DNA of 64,000 nucleotides from Strigamia acuminata (Eukaryota): NCBI GenBank assembly GCA_949358305.1, contig OX442314.1, positions 7,936,001 to 8,000,000 of the forward strand, read 5' to 3'. Shown piece by piece: positions 35,326 to 47,547 of this stretch (position 1 is its first letter; each line of letters starts with the position of its first letter). The notes under the pieces were generated by a model. It saw only the letters and a program-made list of their open reading frames with translations, ran no database searches and was not told where the DNA came from. The position numbers and the translations under genes were made by a program.

Positions 35326-36111
35326 AATAAAAGGTTCTAAATTCTTTATTTCTAAAGAACGATAACACACTTTATAAAAATACACTTCAAAATAACAATA
35401 CACTTCGATAAGGTTAAGCTTAAACTCCACGTGGTGGTTAAACGTGTTAAACTATCGATAAATTTTAAACAATCAAATGAATCCTACTACAAGTAAACTA
35501 GCGTCGGGTGAGAAGGCGCTTTAAACTATTTGTTAAAATAATAGGTGAAATACACTTAACTTTAGCTGGTTTACGGCGTGGAAAATTCGAATCGGGACTG
35601 AACGGGACGGCGTGGTCAAGATGGCTACTGGAGCACGTGTCTGCAGGTCTGGTCTGGATACGAATGGTCGTCTGTAGTCTGGATCCGCGTGGCATCGAGG
35701 ATCGATAATCCTTTAATCCCTCGACACTTTATTGGTGGAAAGTTATTTTATCCAATGATAAAATGGAAACTAATCCTTTATTTTAGTAGTTTTCTACTAC
35801 GTCCGCACTTTGGCCTGGTCAATCTCGTTACTGATTGGATATTTCTTACGAAAATATTCAACTAACATTGAAATTTTACCAAGCTTTTTTCGTGAAAATT
35901 AAAATTAATTTTACTTCGATTTTAAGTGTTTTTTCAACACAACGAAACTTTCCCTTTAATGTTAGAGTTCTCACGAACCCCAACGTTCTTAAAGAGAATT
36001 CCCTACTTCGCAAAAGCAGAGACATCTAAAAATGTTTTGAAATGTTATAATCTTTATTTATCTCAATTTTCACTTTTATTTAAATTCGATAAATTTAAAA
36101 CTGTGCAACCT

Positions 36112-36129
36112 ATCTCGGTGGGACCTCCA
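36112..36129 (-). promoter_or_regulatory. Primer binding site complementary to the tRNA-Gln 3' end
   Basis: + strand ATCTCGGTGGGACCTCCA matches the 3' 18 nt of eukaryotic tRNA-Gln; 2 nt from the 5' LTR. Confidence 0.85.
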
Positions 36130-36131
36130 CG

Positions 36132-37784
36132 TGTGACGGTGACGACCACAACTCCTATCGCATGATAGTACCGGGTATAAGTCGCGTGAAATAGTGAATA
36201 ATACGAGATAAAATAAAGACAACAAGTTTCTCAAAACACTACATTTATTGTTGTCAAACAATAGAATCAAATCTAAAAGTTATACAATTCTAATGCCGAC
36301 ATTTGGCAAGTTAAATACAAGTTAAACTATACAAATAATTGGCTGTGAAACAGCCCTAAAATAATATGATTACGGTTAATGGTGATCCTGGGTTCGGGAA
36401 CGGCAAAACGCCCGCTCGACCGAGATAAAGATGTCATCTATGCGTAGCCGGGCTGGCTGTGTCCTCGCGGCTTCCGTCGGTGCTCCGTAATCGTGAAACT
36501 GGTTCCTTCGCGCTCCTTCGCGTTCCTGGTTCGTATCTGGTGTAATGGTGTTTAGTTCGATCCGGGAGGTGCGGTTGACTCATGTGCACCGCCACAACTA
36601 GGGTTGGAAATTGGTAATGAATAAATGAAGTCATTTATTCGCCAAGGTTCCGCTTGCGAATTATATTTAATTCGCGATGTTGTGAGTTTAATAAATTAAC
36701 TCAATAAATTGTATTCAATTTATTGTTACGAATTTGATTCGTCATACAGTGAAATAAGTCTCGTGACTTACTTCGGTTGTTAACTTGTTGCCAAGTTTAA
36801 ACAATTAAGGTGTATTTATCAACTACAAAATATAATAAAGGTTAAACATCGCAACACACAATTGCCGTCAAAGTTCGCCTTGCTGAGCAGAACAGTATCG
36901 CGCGTGCCCTAAATAACAGTGCGGTGAGAGACGGCACTGATATTCAGGGGGATATAGCCCGCAGTTCTGCACAACAGAATTAATCACCCGAGATACTACT
37001 CATAAGTAGACTGCTTTGGCACCATCACCGAAGAGATATAACTTTCCCAAACACATAGTGCTATTGGCGGTAACTGCATGTTTTGCATGCAGACTGCTTT
37101 GGCACCATCAAGTGATGGAGTCAATCTCTTTCAGTAACAGTGCTACTAACGGTTACTAAATACTTTGGTATCACACGTGATTCTATTGTCCGACCACGAG
37201 GATACTTATGCGGGAGGCTTTCTCCTCAGCAAGACCGTTTGACGGAAACATTAACAGTCCGAACTTCGCCTTCAGTTGACGGGGGTTGCATGGCTCAGCA
37301 GAGCCATGCTATGCATGGTCCGGTAGGACCATGCCCTGAGTAAGAAACGGCTATTTGACATGCGGAACATACCAAATAACCAGAAAACAAGACTAACTTA
37401 ACTTCCTGTTGTCAGGGAGTTTTATACTCGGTGGGATTAGGTTCCACCAATCTCGTATCGCAGGAAGTGGATACGGAGATGCAAATTGGGATTATGCTAA
37501 TCTTTTAGCATAAACCGGAACTGGATACCGGGGACAGGAAATGGATACACAGAACGGAAATGCATTCTGAAAATGGGTTTCATGTCGCGTACCCGTGATA
37601 AAGCAAGAATACCTGCTTTATCTGATTAAATATTGATAATATAACTTTATATTATCGATTTAAATCACATTTATTCGTATCAAACATAATGATATGTTTG
37701 TGAACTTTTTCTACGCAAAATAGTAAGTTCGAGGTTGAATTTGCCGCTAGTACTAGTGGCGCCATCTATTGCTAATTTGTCACA
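36132..37784 (-). repeat. 5' LTR
   Basis: Near-identical to 24618-26270. Confidence 0.95.
37390..37565 (-). promoter_or_regulatory. Putative LTR promoter: TATA box (37420-37426), Inr-like TTAGTC ~30 nt downstream, upstream octamer- and GGAA-type motifs
   Basis: TATAAAA on the minus strand; ATGCAAAT/ATGCTAAT and repeated GGAA(A/C/G)TGGATAC, partly conserved in the solo LTR at ~56510-56580. Confidence 0.55.
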
Positions 37785-38608
37785 CACTGTGTACGCTTTG
37801 GCGTATCTAGAACGCCCCATTGTATTTTACACGCACAAGTTAATTGGATTTCGGGGAAAATGAATTATTAATTACGATACTAATCGTTTCAATCGTGTTT
37901 TAAATGGAGTTCGTGCGGTTGGTTTTCGCAGTTTGGTAAGCGCCACCACATGACGATAAACAGAATTAAATACAATTTTGAAAAATATTAGAATTAAAAT
38001 TTAAACAACAATTTTTTAACTTTATCAAAATCTGCCGAAAATTCTAAAATTCGACTGCAGTGGATGGAAATTAAACATTTAAAAAAATGTATATTTTGCT
38101 TTTCGCTATCTAGATATAAATATCAAAATCTGCCACCAGACGCCACCAGACGCCACCCGTGCATGATACCTCCCGTGTGTAGTGTTTTAAACCTAAAAAT
38201 CGTGCGGTTTTGGGCGATAATTGTACACGTGGCGGAGTATTTCTTTATATTTAGCACCATGCTAACACAAAGGTTAAACTCGAATCGAATTTCAAATACA
38301 AATTGAACATCTAAGGGTCAAAGGTTGACAGCGAAAAATCTAATCAAAGCGCTCACCCAGTGCAATGATGGCGGACAAAGCGCTAACAAAACCTCGGTTT
38401 GTTTACCCTTGCAAATTTACATTTAACCAAGTAACTGATTTGTATTTCTTGTTTCAGGTTCAGTATTAATTTCATCGTTCGGTTTGGCGTCTTTCGAGCT
38501 TGATGTTATTTCCAAGTTGCTGCTCCGTCGGGAGTATATTATTTTTGTTTTTACTTTTCGTCTTGCTGTTTTGTAAGGTTTGTCCAATTAAGCTAAAATT
38601 ATCACACA

Positions 38609-38808
38609 NNNNNNNNNNNNNNNNNNNNNNNNNNNNNNNNNNNNNNNNNNNNNNNNNNNNNNNNNNNNNNNNNNNNNNNNNNNNNNNNNNNNNNNNNNNN
38701 NNNNNNNNNNNNNNNNNNNNNNNNNNNNNNNNNNNNNNNNNNNNNNNNNNNNNNNNNNNNNNNNNNNNNNNNNNNNNNNNNNNNNNNNNNNNNNNNNNNN
38801 NNNNNNNN
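38609..38808. other. Assembly gap (200 N)
   Basis: Run of N. Confidence 1.
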
Positions 38809-39763
38809 GGCTATGTAAAGGGGTAGACAACCACTATTTTTCGAAAAATTGTGGCGAGCACAACTGTTGACGAGTCGAAACGAAACTTTAGCATTGAAGC
38901 ATTATTGTGTCGTACTATAACATGTTATAGTTATGACCGGAAATGGGTTCCACCAATTAGATCGATCGAATGATCGATTTGACCGCTAACTCTCCTTTTC
39001 CCCAGAAAATGGAGGTTAAATCGTATTTAACAACAATAAGCATTAATATATATTTATATTAATGTTAACTAAACTTTGTTTCCTTCTAATAAATATAAAC
39101 TTATATTTATTTGCAAAATCTGTATTCGCGATTCGAATTTACCGCTGTAATACGATCCCGCCATCTAGTGACGACACGGAGCAGTGACAAATGCGGGTTT
39201 TACCGATAAATCTTATAAATTCGGCAGTGTTATTCATAAATACCACTTTTCATTTGTCACATCTTTTCAAATTGTTTACAATTTACTGCACATACTACAC
39301 ATACACGAAAGAAACCATTTGATCAGTTACTTTCAAACTCTATTCTGTGTCTAATTACAAAGTCTGAGTCTTTTTTCAATAATATGTATAATTATTTTTT
39401 GCCAATAACCTTTTGTCTACAGTCGTATTGTATGTAATGATTACATTGAGATATGTTTGTAGAAATGTGTTTGTCAAAATATGTCATGTCTTTTCAAACA
39501 TTTTTTACATTTTTCTCAAATATTTTCAATTTTTGAACATTTAAAAAATTTTTTCAGGGAGCCGCTAGGCGGAGACCGGTCGGTCGGGATCACATGACCA
39601 GACCTGTGATGACGAAAACGACGACAAAAGGCGGGTAATAACACTCGGGTAATGCCAGGCGTGCCACAAAGTAAATGAATCAATTATAAAACTAAAATTG
39701 TTATAATTTTAAATTTTTATTTCATTTAATATAATTGCATTAATTTTTAAAATTGTTAAAACA

Positions 39764-40008
39764 TTACTTCATGGTGTTAGGCGATTGGCACGCACACTTA
39801 TCATTGTCGTCACAAGTAGTTTCCAACTTCCTCTCCTCACAGTCGTCAAAGCAATCTTTTAGTTTACAGCTCTCAGTAGCCATCACTGCTAATCAGGTTA
39901 TAACATATCAGCAATACTTAATAATGAATGAATTTTTTTTTTTAAATATAACTTACCCAAGCAGGACAGAATAACAAAAACACAGAACAAGATGAATTGT
40001 AATTTCAT
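39764..40008 (-). CDS. Two-exon secreted six-cysteine peptide, CS-alpha/beta (defensin/scorpion-toxin-like) pattern, 58 aa
   Basis: Exon 40008-39957, GT-AG intron, exon 39888-39764: MKLQFILFCVFVILSCLAVMATESCKLKDCFDDCEERKLETTCDDNDKCACQSPNTMK. Confidence 0.8.
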
Positions 40009-41755
40009 TTTCGACGGATACTCTCGTGGGAGAACAAAGTTGACTGGTGGCTTGGTGGAAGATCTGCTGTGCTGGATTGTGAAGTGACTGCCGTAGTTGT
40101 GATACGGTTTATGTTGACAGAGAGGAGGTAATTAATATTTAATGGACAAGTTTTGGAATATGAATGGAGTTTGATTAATTCTATTCAATTCATTTGATGC
40201 AACACTTTAAATTTTAATATTTTAATTAATTAGAGTTTATTGACTGTTGATTATCAGAGTAAATATGAAATAGAAATAAGAAAAATACATTAAAACTATA
40301 TTTGTCACGAGGCAAAAATTTTATAATTTTTATTATAAGTTTTTTATAATTTTAAGTTTTTCTAGTTTTCTCAAAATTGTTTCAATAATTTTCAAATTTC
40401 TTCAAAATTTTCAAATGTTTCTTCAATTTCTCGTAATTTCTCAGGCAATTTCATCCATCTTATCATAAAATGGATTTCTTTTTTTAAAATGTTATATTTA
40501 GTGTGAATAATTTTTTTATTGCCTGAAAATGCATTTATCTGTTAAAAATTTGAAAAAATTGAAAAAACTTGAAATAATAAAAAAAAATTTAAAAAAATGT
40601 AAAAAAGTTACTTCGTATAATAAAAAATATGATAATTTATAAAAACTTTGCCTCGCACGTGTCAAGGGTATAGCTTTAATGTATTTTTTTTATTGCTATT
40701 TTATATTTTTTCTGGTAATCAATTAAAATTTACACAAGTAAATGTATATTTTTCAAGATTTTTTCGTTATTTTTGTCAAAATATGTCAAATCTATTAAAA
40801 TTTTCTGCAATTTCGCACATATTTTTTAAAATTTTCTTACATTTGTCACATTTTTAACAAAAAGTTTGCCAATTTTCAAACTTTTCTTAATTTTGCCAAC
40901 TGTTTAACTTGACTTGAATGTTTGTGTGTGTTTCAACTTCGGGTTTTAACGACTTGAATGTTTGTGTGTGTGTTTCAACTTCCGGATTATGTAATTTGGA
41001 AAAAAATAAATTTAAAAATTAATCATAAGATTGGTAGGCTTTTCTGGTGCAGTTTTTGGTGTACTTTCCAATTAAATTGATGTTAAAAGTAGTTAAAAAG
41101 TAGAAAATTCTGATTTACGGCGAAATGTAATCAAACCTGTTGGAAACCGTGTCCTTTAATTGATGCCAAAATGTTCGCTTGATTTTGAGTGGTGAATAAT
41201 TCGAGTGGTGAAAAAATCAAATTGTTGTGTTTACATGCAGAAAATATTTCGTGATTGCTTTCAGTTTTCGACCAATGGGGAAGTGCCAGAAGCGAGTCGT
41301 GCATTTGTAATAAAAATAGTTCGAGTTCACTCGAATTAAACAACCTTCTGCGAGGGATTACTCACTACTCAAATAATCCTTGTCATCCCTGTTTACATCT
41401 TTTTTGTGCACACGGAATATTTTATCTCACTCGAAAAATATTCTGCACATGTAAACGTAGTATATGTAAGTCCCTTAGTGGACAACCCTGGAATAAATAT
41501 TCATGATGTTACTACAACCGCCGTTGACCAGCATATTATTTCTCCACCTTTTCACCCTGCATTTAACAACAGGTTATGGGCTCAGCATGCTTCCACTGCA
41601 TATAAAACATTATACAAATAAAGAAATCTGCATAAATCTGTAAATTTATAAATATTGAAAAAAAACAAGATGGCAGATTCCTCAAAAATCAAGAAACTTG
41701 ATGAAAACAACTGTGTAACCTGGAAGCTATTGATTGAAGCAGTTTGTGTCAAGAA

Positions 41756-41944
41756 CTCATTTTATAGCCACAAACTCATTTTATAGCCACAAAAACTCAT
41801 TTTATAGCCACAAAAACTCATTTTATAGCCACAAATAATCTCATTTTATAGCCACAAAAAATCTCATTTTATAGCCACAAATAATCTCATTTTATAGCCA
41901 CAAAAAAATCTCATTTTATAGCCACAAAAAATCTCATTTTATAG
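41756..41944. repeat. ~20-24-bp minisatellite CTCATTTTATAGCCACAAA, abutting a short Copia gag-like N-terminal fragment (~41670-41755)
   Basis: Tandem units; MADSSKIKKLDENNCVTWKLLIEAV resembles a copia gag start. Confidence 0.8.
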
Positions 41945-42339
41945 TTGTTGGATTATTTTCATACGTCATCCCAGCATGATTGTTTTTTCTTTGTAAGGAC
42001 CACCCACTGGTCTCTCCTCCTTTTACCTTCTCTCCTTTCACTTCCTGTACTGCTAGAATAAACGCCAGTCGCAGCACACGTTGCTCTGCGACCTAAAATA
42101 CAATATATCTGCTTGAATCTACCATCAGGTTATGGGACCAGCATCAGCAATCACTGTGTAATAGTGAGTTATAAACTTTTTTCCTGAAAAATTGAAAAAG
42201 AACACCAAAAATTGAAAAGCCAAGCCGTGAACGAGCGACCACGTGTACACCCGAGTTGAGAAACGTGCATCAAGCCACATCAAGCCGTGTAACCACACAA
42301 CGCAATTCAAACAGTGCCAGGCAAATATTTTTGGAACTT

Positions 42340-45300
42340 TTAAAATAAAATACGGTTATAAATAGTAACTTTAATTTTTTTGACAAAATCTTACTTTCTT
42401 ATAATTTAAATAAATTTTTGATGTTTCACCAGGATATTGCATTCCTACGTGAAAGGGTTTTCCACAATCATAGAATGTGAGGTAAAGCTAAGTTCAAAAA
42501 GGAAAAAAAAAAGAATACAAACCACAATTTTAATTTATTTAAATTACCCAATACAGCCCTTTAGGACATAGGTAGGCGTAGGTTTTTTCCATTTTTACTG
42601 CCAGTTCTTGTCCAAGAAGTGAGTCACTGGAAGCTTTTGCTACATAAATGAATTATTAAGGTGTATTGAAATAGATGGTGCTATACTCTAACTCACTACA
42701 AGTTGGGCCTTTCTCCAATTGGGCGAGCCTAATTACTTTTAACTACAGACTGTGTACTGCCACCAGGTTAAATACTTTTGTATTTTTAAAATTTTTTGAT
42801 TATTATAATGATTAAAATGATTTAAATTTATTTGTATTTTATAACCGGGTGGGACCAGATGCGCGCATTTCAAATGCGCGCAGAATTAAAAACGGTAGCA
42901 AATGCGCGCGTCTTAAATTCGCGCCCACAATTAAATTGATTGTTGGAAGTTAATTAATAAATAAATAAAAACAAATTGTCGGTGTTAAATTCGCGCGTTA
43001 AATGCGCGCGTATCAGACGCGCGCGTATCAAATGCGCGCAAGTCAATTGCGCGCAATTGCGTCATCTACACGTGACGCGTTGTAACGTCATGTATACGTG
43101 ACGCCGCTCACCAAGTCCGGTTGCAGATGTTATGGAATCGCCTGCGCAACGCCGGCGAACAAGGCGTAACATTGCAGTTGTTGTGGAACCTGTAGTCAAC
43201 CACCCACAGCTGCAACTGATGAGGAAAAGTATGGCGGAGATGCTAGATGAGTGGGCCAACATCAGGGAACGGCAGCGACTCCATGCCATTGCCCAACTCC
43301 CCGAGGTAGTTCGTTTATTCAAATCGCAATTACCTGGTGGTGCAGTTGGATCCAACAGATTCCACCTGTCTCCTGTGCAGTGCACACAAGTGCAATGTTG
43401 TGTACAGGTGTGGGAACACTGCATGCTCTGTCTGTGTACAAAGGGCTGTTGAGGTTGATGTGCTTCTGAAATGCCATGTCTGTCGCATGGTGATCAAGAA
43501 GCGCAGCTACCTCACCAGACTCTTCTTGAAGCCCACTGACTTACAGTCACTGGAAAACCCAAGTCTAAAGCAACAAGTTCAAAAGTGAAAAAGAAAGCGG
43601 TCTTTTTACTATTGTTATGCGCGAATTTGAGACTGGTATTTTAAAAAATTCATTTAAATTAATTCATTATGTTTATTATTTTTTATTTAATTCTTATAAA
43701 TAATACATTTAATACGCGCGCATTTAAGACGCGCGCATTTGAATTGCGCGCATTTGAGAGCGCGCATTCAAGACGAGCGTATTTGATGCGCGTATTTAAC
43801 TTGCGCGCGTAATTAGGACGCGCCCATTTGGTCCCCGCCCTTTTATAACAAAATGTTTTTTTCATTCATAAAATTAAGTTTTATGCTGTTTTTAATTCAT
43901 CAGACATGTTTGTTCAGTTTATTAGTTGCTTTGTCAGGAAAGCAAACAATTTTAGAATTTTTTTTATTACAATGTCTGTACATCAAGTGGTTTGGTCTAC
44001 TTGTATTTTTTTGTATCACTACACAAGTGAAATGGCTCGCCCAATGGGAGAAAGGCCCAACTTGCATTGAGTTAGAACATAAATGTTTTTATACTTACGA
44101 AACTGAAAAGTTGGGCACATTCCGCCATCCATGTCGGTTTGAGTCAAAACAACTGTCGTGTTTGAGTTGGAATATCCCTGCGCGAATTAAAGAGTTTAAA
44201 TTACGATTTTTTCTTTAAATAAATAAAAAATTCTTTTTATCACACGCCCTGTCGAAAGGCCTGGACTGGGTACAAATTTAGTACCGGGAAATCTGGATGG
44301 GTCGGGCCACAGGGACAGACTATGGTGGGCACCGGGAAATTCCCGGTAGTTTGGTTCTACGTCTGGGCTACAGTGTGAAATTAGATGTAGGCCTATTACG
44401 AGTTTTTACCTGCTTTTGGTGATGAGAAAAGGTAACAGCAAGTTATTTGGTGTCGAGTAGTACTGAGTTCAGAATCAACTGTTCTTTGTTTACTTGTGTA
44501 AATTTATTTTCCATAGTACCGTAACTCTTTGTACGACGATTATTAATAAATTTCCTATTAACGTGTTTTCAGTTAGTAAAAGAAAGGCTTAATTAGATTT
44601 TGCTCGGTATATAATTATTTACAGTGAATGTAGTGTTTATAGTAAATTTGATCGGACACTGTGTACGCTTTGGCGTATCTAGAACGCCCCATTGTGTTTT
44701 ACACGCACACGTTAATTGGATTTCGGGGAAAATGAATTTTTATTACGGTACTAATCGTTTCAATTGTATTTTAAATGGAGTTCGTGCGGTTGGTTTTCGC
44801 AGTTTGGTAAGCGCCACCACATGACGATAAACAGAATTAAATACTTTATCAAATTCTGCCGAAAACTCAAAAATTTGACTGCAGTGGATGGAAATCAAAC
44901 ATTTAAAAAAATGTATATTTTGCTTTTTGCCATCTAAATATAAATATCAAAATCCGCCACCAGACGCCACCCGTGCACGATACTGTAGTGTGTAGTTGTT
45001 TTAAAACTAAAAATCGTGAGATTTTGGGCGATAATTGTACGAGTGGCGGGGTATTTATTTATATTTAGCACCATGCTAGCACAAGGTTTAAACTCGAGTC
45101 GAATTTCAAATACAAATCGAAGATCTGAGGGTCAAAGGTTGATAGCGAAAAATCTAAATCAAAGCGCTGACCCAGTGCAAGGATGGCGGACAAAGCGCCA
45201 ACGAAACTTCGGTTTACTTACCCTTGCAAATTTTCATTTAATTAAGTAATTGATGTTTATTTCTTGTTTCAGGTTCAGTATTAATTTCATCGTTTGATTT

Positions 45301-45420
45301 TGGCGTCGTTTGAGCTTGATATTATTTCCAAGTTGCTGCTCCGTCGCTAGTTTATTATTTCTGTTTTTACTTTTCGTCTTGCTGTTAGGTAAGGTTTGAC
45401 CAATTATGCTAAAATTATCA
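42340..45420 (-). pseudogene. Partial segmental duplicate of the fused DEG/ENaC locus (three module-1 exons plus upstream region), lacking the BEL and Gypsy insertions
   Basis: 42340-44241 corresponds to 19495-20218; 44242-45420 corresponds to 24051-24617 joined to 37785-38605. Confidence 0.85.
42846..43840 (+). mobile_element. Non-autonomous MULE-like element carrying a frameshifted RING-finger ORF, nested in MITE copy 3
   Basis: 9-bp TSD TTTTATAAC; TIR GGG(T/CG)GGGACCA.ATG.GCG; AAATGCGCGC subterminal repeats. Confidence 0.75.
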
Positions 45421-46599
45421 TAGTGTAATAAATTTATTGTTATAACGAATAGTTAAAAATGGCTTGGTTGGTTGGCTGGCTTTAGAACACCATGTTAAAA
45501 AAATTTGATACAACAAACTTTTGTTATAACGAGGGTCGAGATATTTGCGATTTTAATCAATTATTGTCCGAAGTTTGATTGCACTGGTCATTCCTGAATT
45601 TTGTGGTACTTTTTGAATCTCTTCAATGGTACTTTTGTGGATTTCTTCAGATGTACCAGTACGAGGTTTTACTTGATTTTGAGAGATTTTGTGAGATTGT
45701 GCTTGGTTTTGTGAGATTTTGTTGCATTTTTTGAGATTTTGCTAAAGTAAAGTTGTATGGTACCAAATAAGTGTTACAGGTACCGTATCAGTCCCACAAA
45801 ATGTGGTATTTTTTGAAAAGTACTGTGTACCTATACCGGTACTGCTGAAGAAATCCACAAAATTATCACAAAATCTATAATTCAAGCTGACTAGTGCCAT
45901 CAAACTTTGAAAATTCGGACAAAAATTGATGAAAAATGCAAATATCTCGAGAACAAAAGCTCGGATCGTCAAAAACTAAACAACAAACGAAAGAGGGGAA
46001 AAAACTGCACTAGAAACGATCATTAAACAACACTGCCAACAGCTAATGATTAATGTATATTTAATTTGTGTGTATACATTTTTTTGAGTCAAACGTTAAC
46101 AAACATTAACTTTACTGCTAAAATAAATAAAAAATAAAAGTAAAAATTTTCACAGACAACAGGCGGATTTGAACCTGTGTGGAAAGATTTCTAGTCCATC
46201 GCCTTAAGGGGCTAGCCTACCTTATTATTTTGACATGTTTTGGTCAATAGATGGCGCTGATTACTAAAACCAAATCACCTACAATATTATCACACACTAG
46301 AAAGTAGTGCATAAAAGGGGTTCCAACTTAATCCTTTCTTGGAATTAAAAGGGGTTGTGGGTATTAAAGGGGTCAAGTGTTTTTTATTTAAAAAATAAAT
46401 AAATGCTATTCAGAATAAACTTTTGGCCAGAATTTTGATTTTTCAGTTGTGATAAAAAAAAATAGATTTTAATAAAAAAAATTTAATGTAATAATTTTGA
46501 TTTTTTCAAAGGTTAATTACAATTATTATTGGCAAATAGTCGTGAATTTGCACAACTTTGCTGTGTATTTGCCGTGATTTTCTGGCAAATTTATCGTGA

Positions 46600-47250
46600 A
46601 TTTGCGGAAAATTTGCTGTGAATTTGCGGAATATTTGCTGTGAATTTAGGGCAAGTTTACTTTGAATTTGCGGCGAATTTGGGACGAATTTGCGGCAAGT
46701 TTGGGACGTATTTGGGGCGAATTTGTGGCAAATTTGCGATGAATTTGGGGCGCATTTGCGGCAAGTTTGGGGCGAATTTGCTGCAAATTTGCGGCGAATT
46801 TGCGGCGAATTTGCGGCGAATTTGCGGCGAATTTGCGGCAAGTTTGGGGCGAATTTGCGGCAAGTTTGGGGCGAATTTGCGGCAAGTTTGGGGCGAATTT
46901 GCGGCAAGTTTGGGACGTATTTGCCGTGAATTTGTGGCAAATTTGCGGCGAATTTGCGACGAATTTGGGGCGAATTTGCGGCAAGTTTGGGGCCAATTTG
47001 CGGCAAGTTTGGGGCCAATTTGCGGCAAGTTTGGAGCGAATTTGCCGTGAATTTGTGGCAAATTTGCGGCGAATTTGGGGCGAATTTGCGACGAATTTGG
47101 GGCGAATTTGCGGCAAGTTTGGGGCGAATTTGCGGCAAGTTTGGGGCGAATTTGCGGCAAGTTTGGGACGTATTTGCCGTGAATTTGTGGCAAATTTGGG
47201 GCGAATTTGCGGCGAATTTGCCGTGAATTTGCCGTGAATTTGCCGTGATT
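46600..47250. repeat. 11-bp-based minisatellite (GGCGAATTTGC / GGCAAGTTTGG variants) inside the Kolobok
   Basis: Tandem periodicity; related low-complexity arrays in inverted orientation at ~50500-52300. Confidence 0.9.
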
Positions 47251-47547
47251 TGATGCAAATTTGGGTCAGATTATGTACAATTTTGAAACGATTTGTTGCG
47301 ACTTTTGGGAAACTTCTTGCCCATTCTTATTGGCAAGAAGTTGTGATAATTTATATGATTTCACGTGAGTTTATTCGATACATTTACAATTTGAAATGAA
47401 TTTATTCAAAATATTTACAATTTGAAATAAATTTATTCAAAATATTTCCAATTTGAAATGAATTTATTCAAAATATTTACAATTTGAAATGAATTTATTC
47501 AAAATATTTATGAATTTCCATTACTTTATTAGATATTTTTACAATTT

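Larger units (their letters stand above)
24618..37784 (-). mobile_element. Full-length, recently inserted Ty3/Gypsy LTR retrotransposon (13.17 kb)
   Basis: Two 1653-bp LTRs (only 3 differences spotted by eye), 4-bp TSD CACT, PBS, PPT, intact ORFs; the empty site GACACTGTGTACG is seen at ~825 and ~44655. Confidence 0.97.

Noticed and set aside
38500..38830. ORFs spanning X residues
   Set aside because: They run through the N gap
46208..46221. piggyBac assignment based on the TTAA TSD
   Set aside because: Termini begin GGGG rather than CCC/YY, and the transposase motifs are not piggyBac-like
46506..47258. Multiple overlapping repetitive ORFs (also 50418-52510 and 53125-53654)
   Set aside because: Artefacts of stop-free minisatellites
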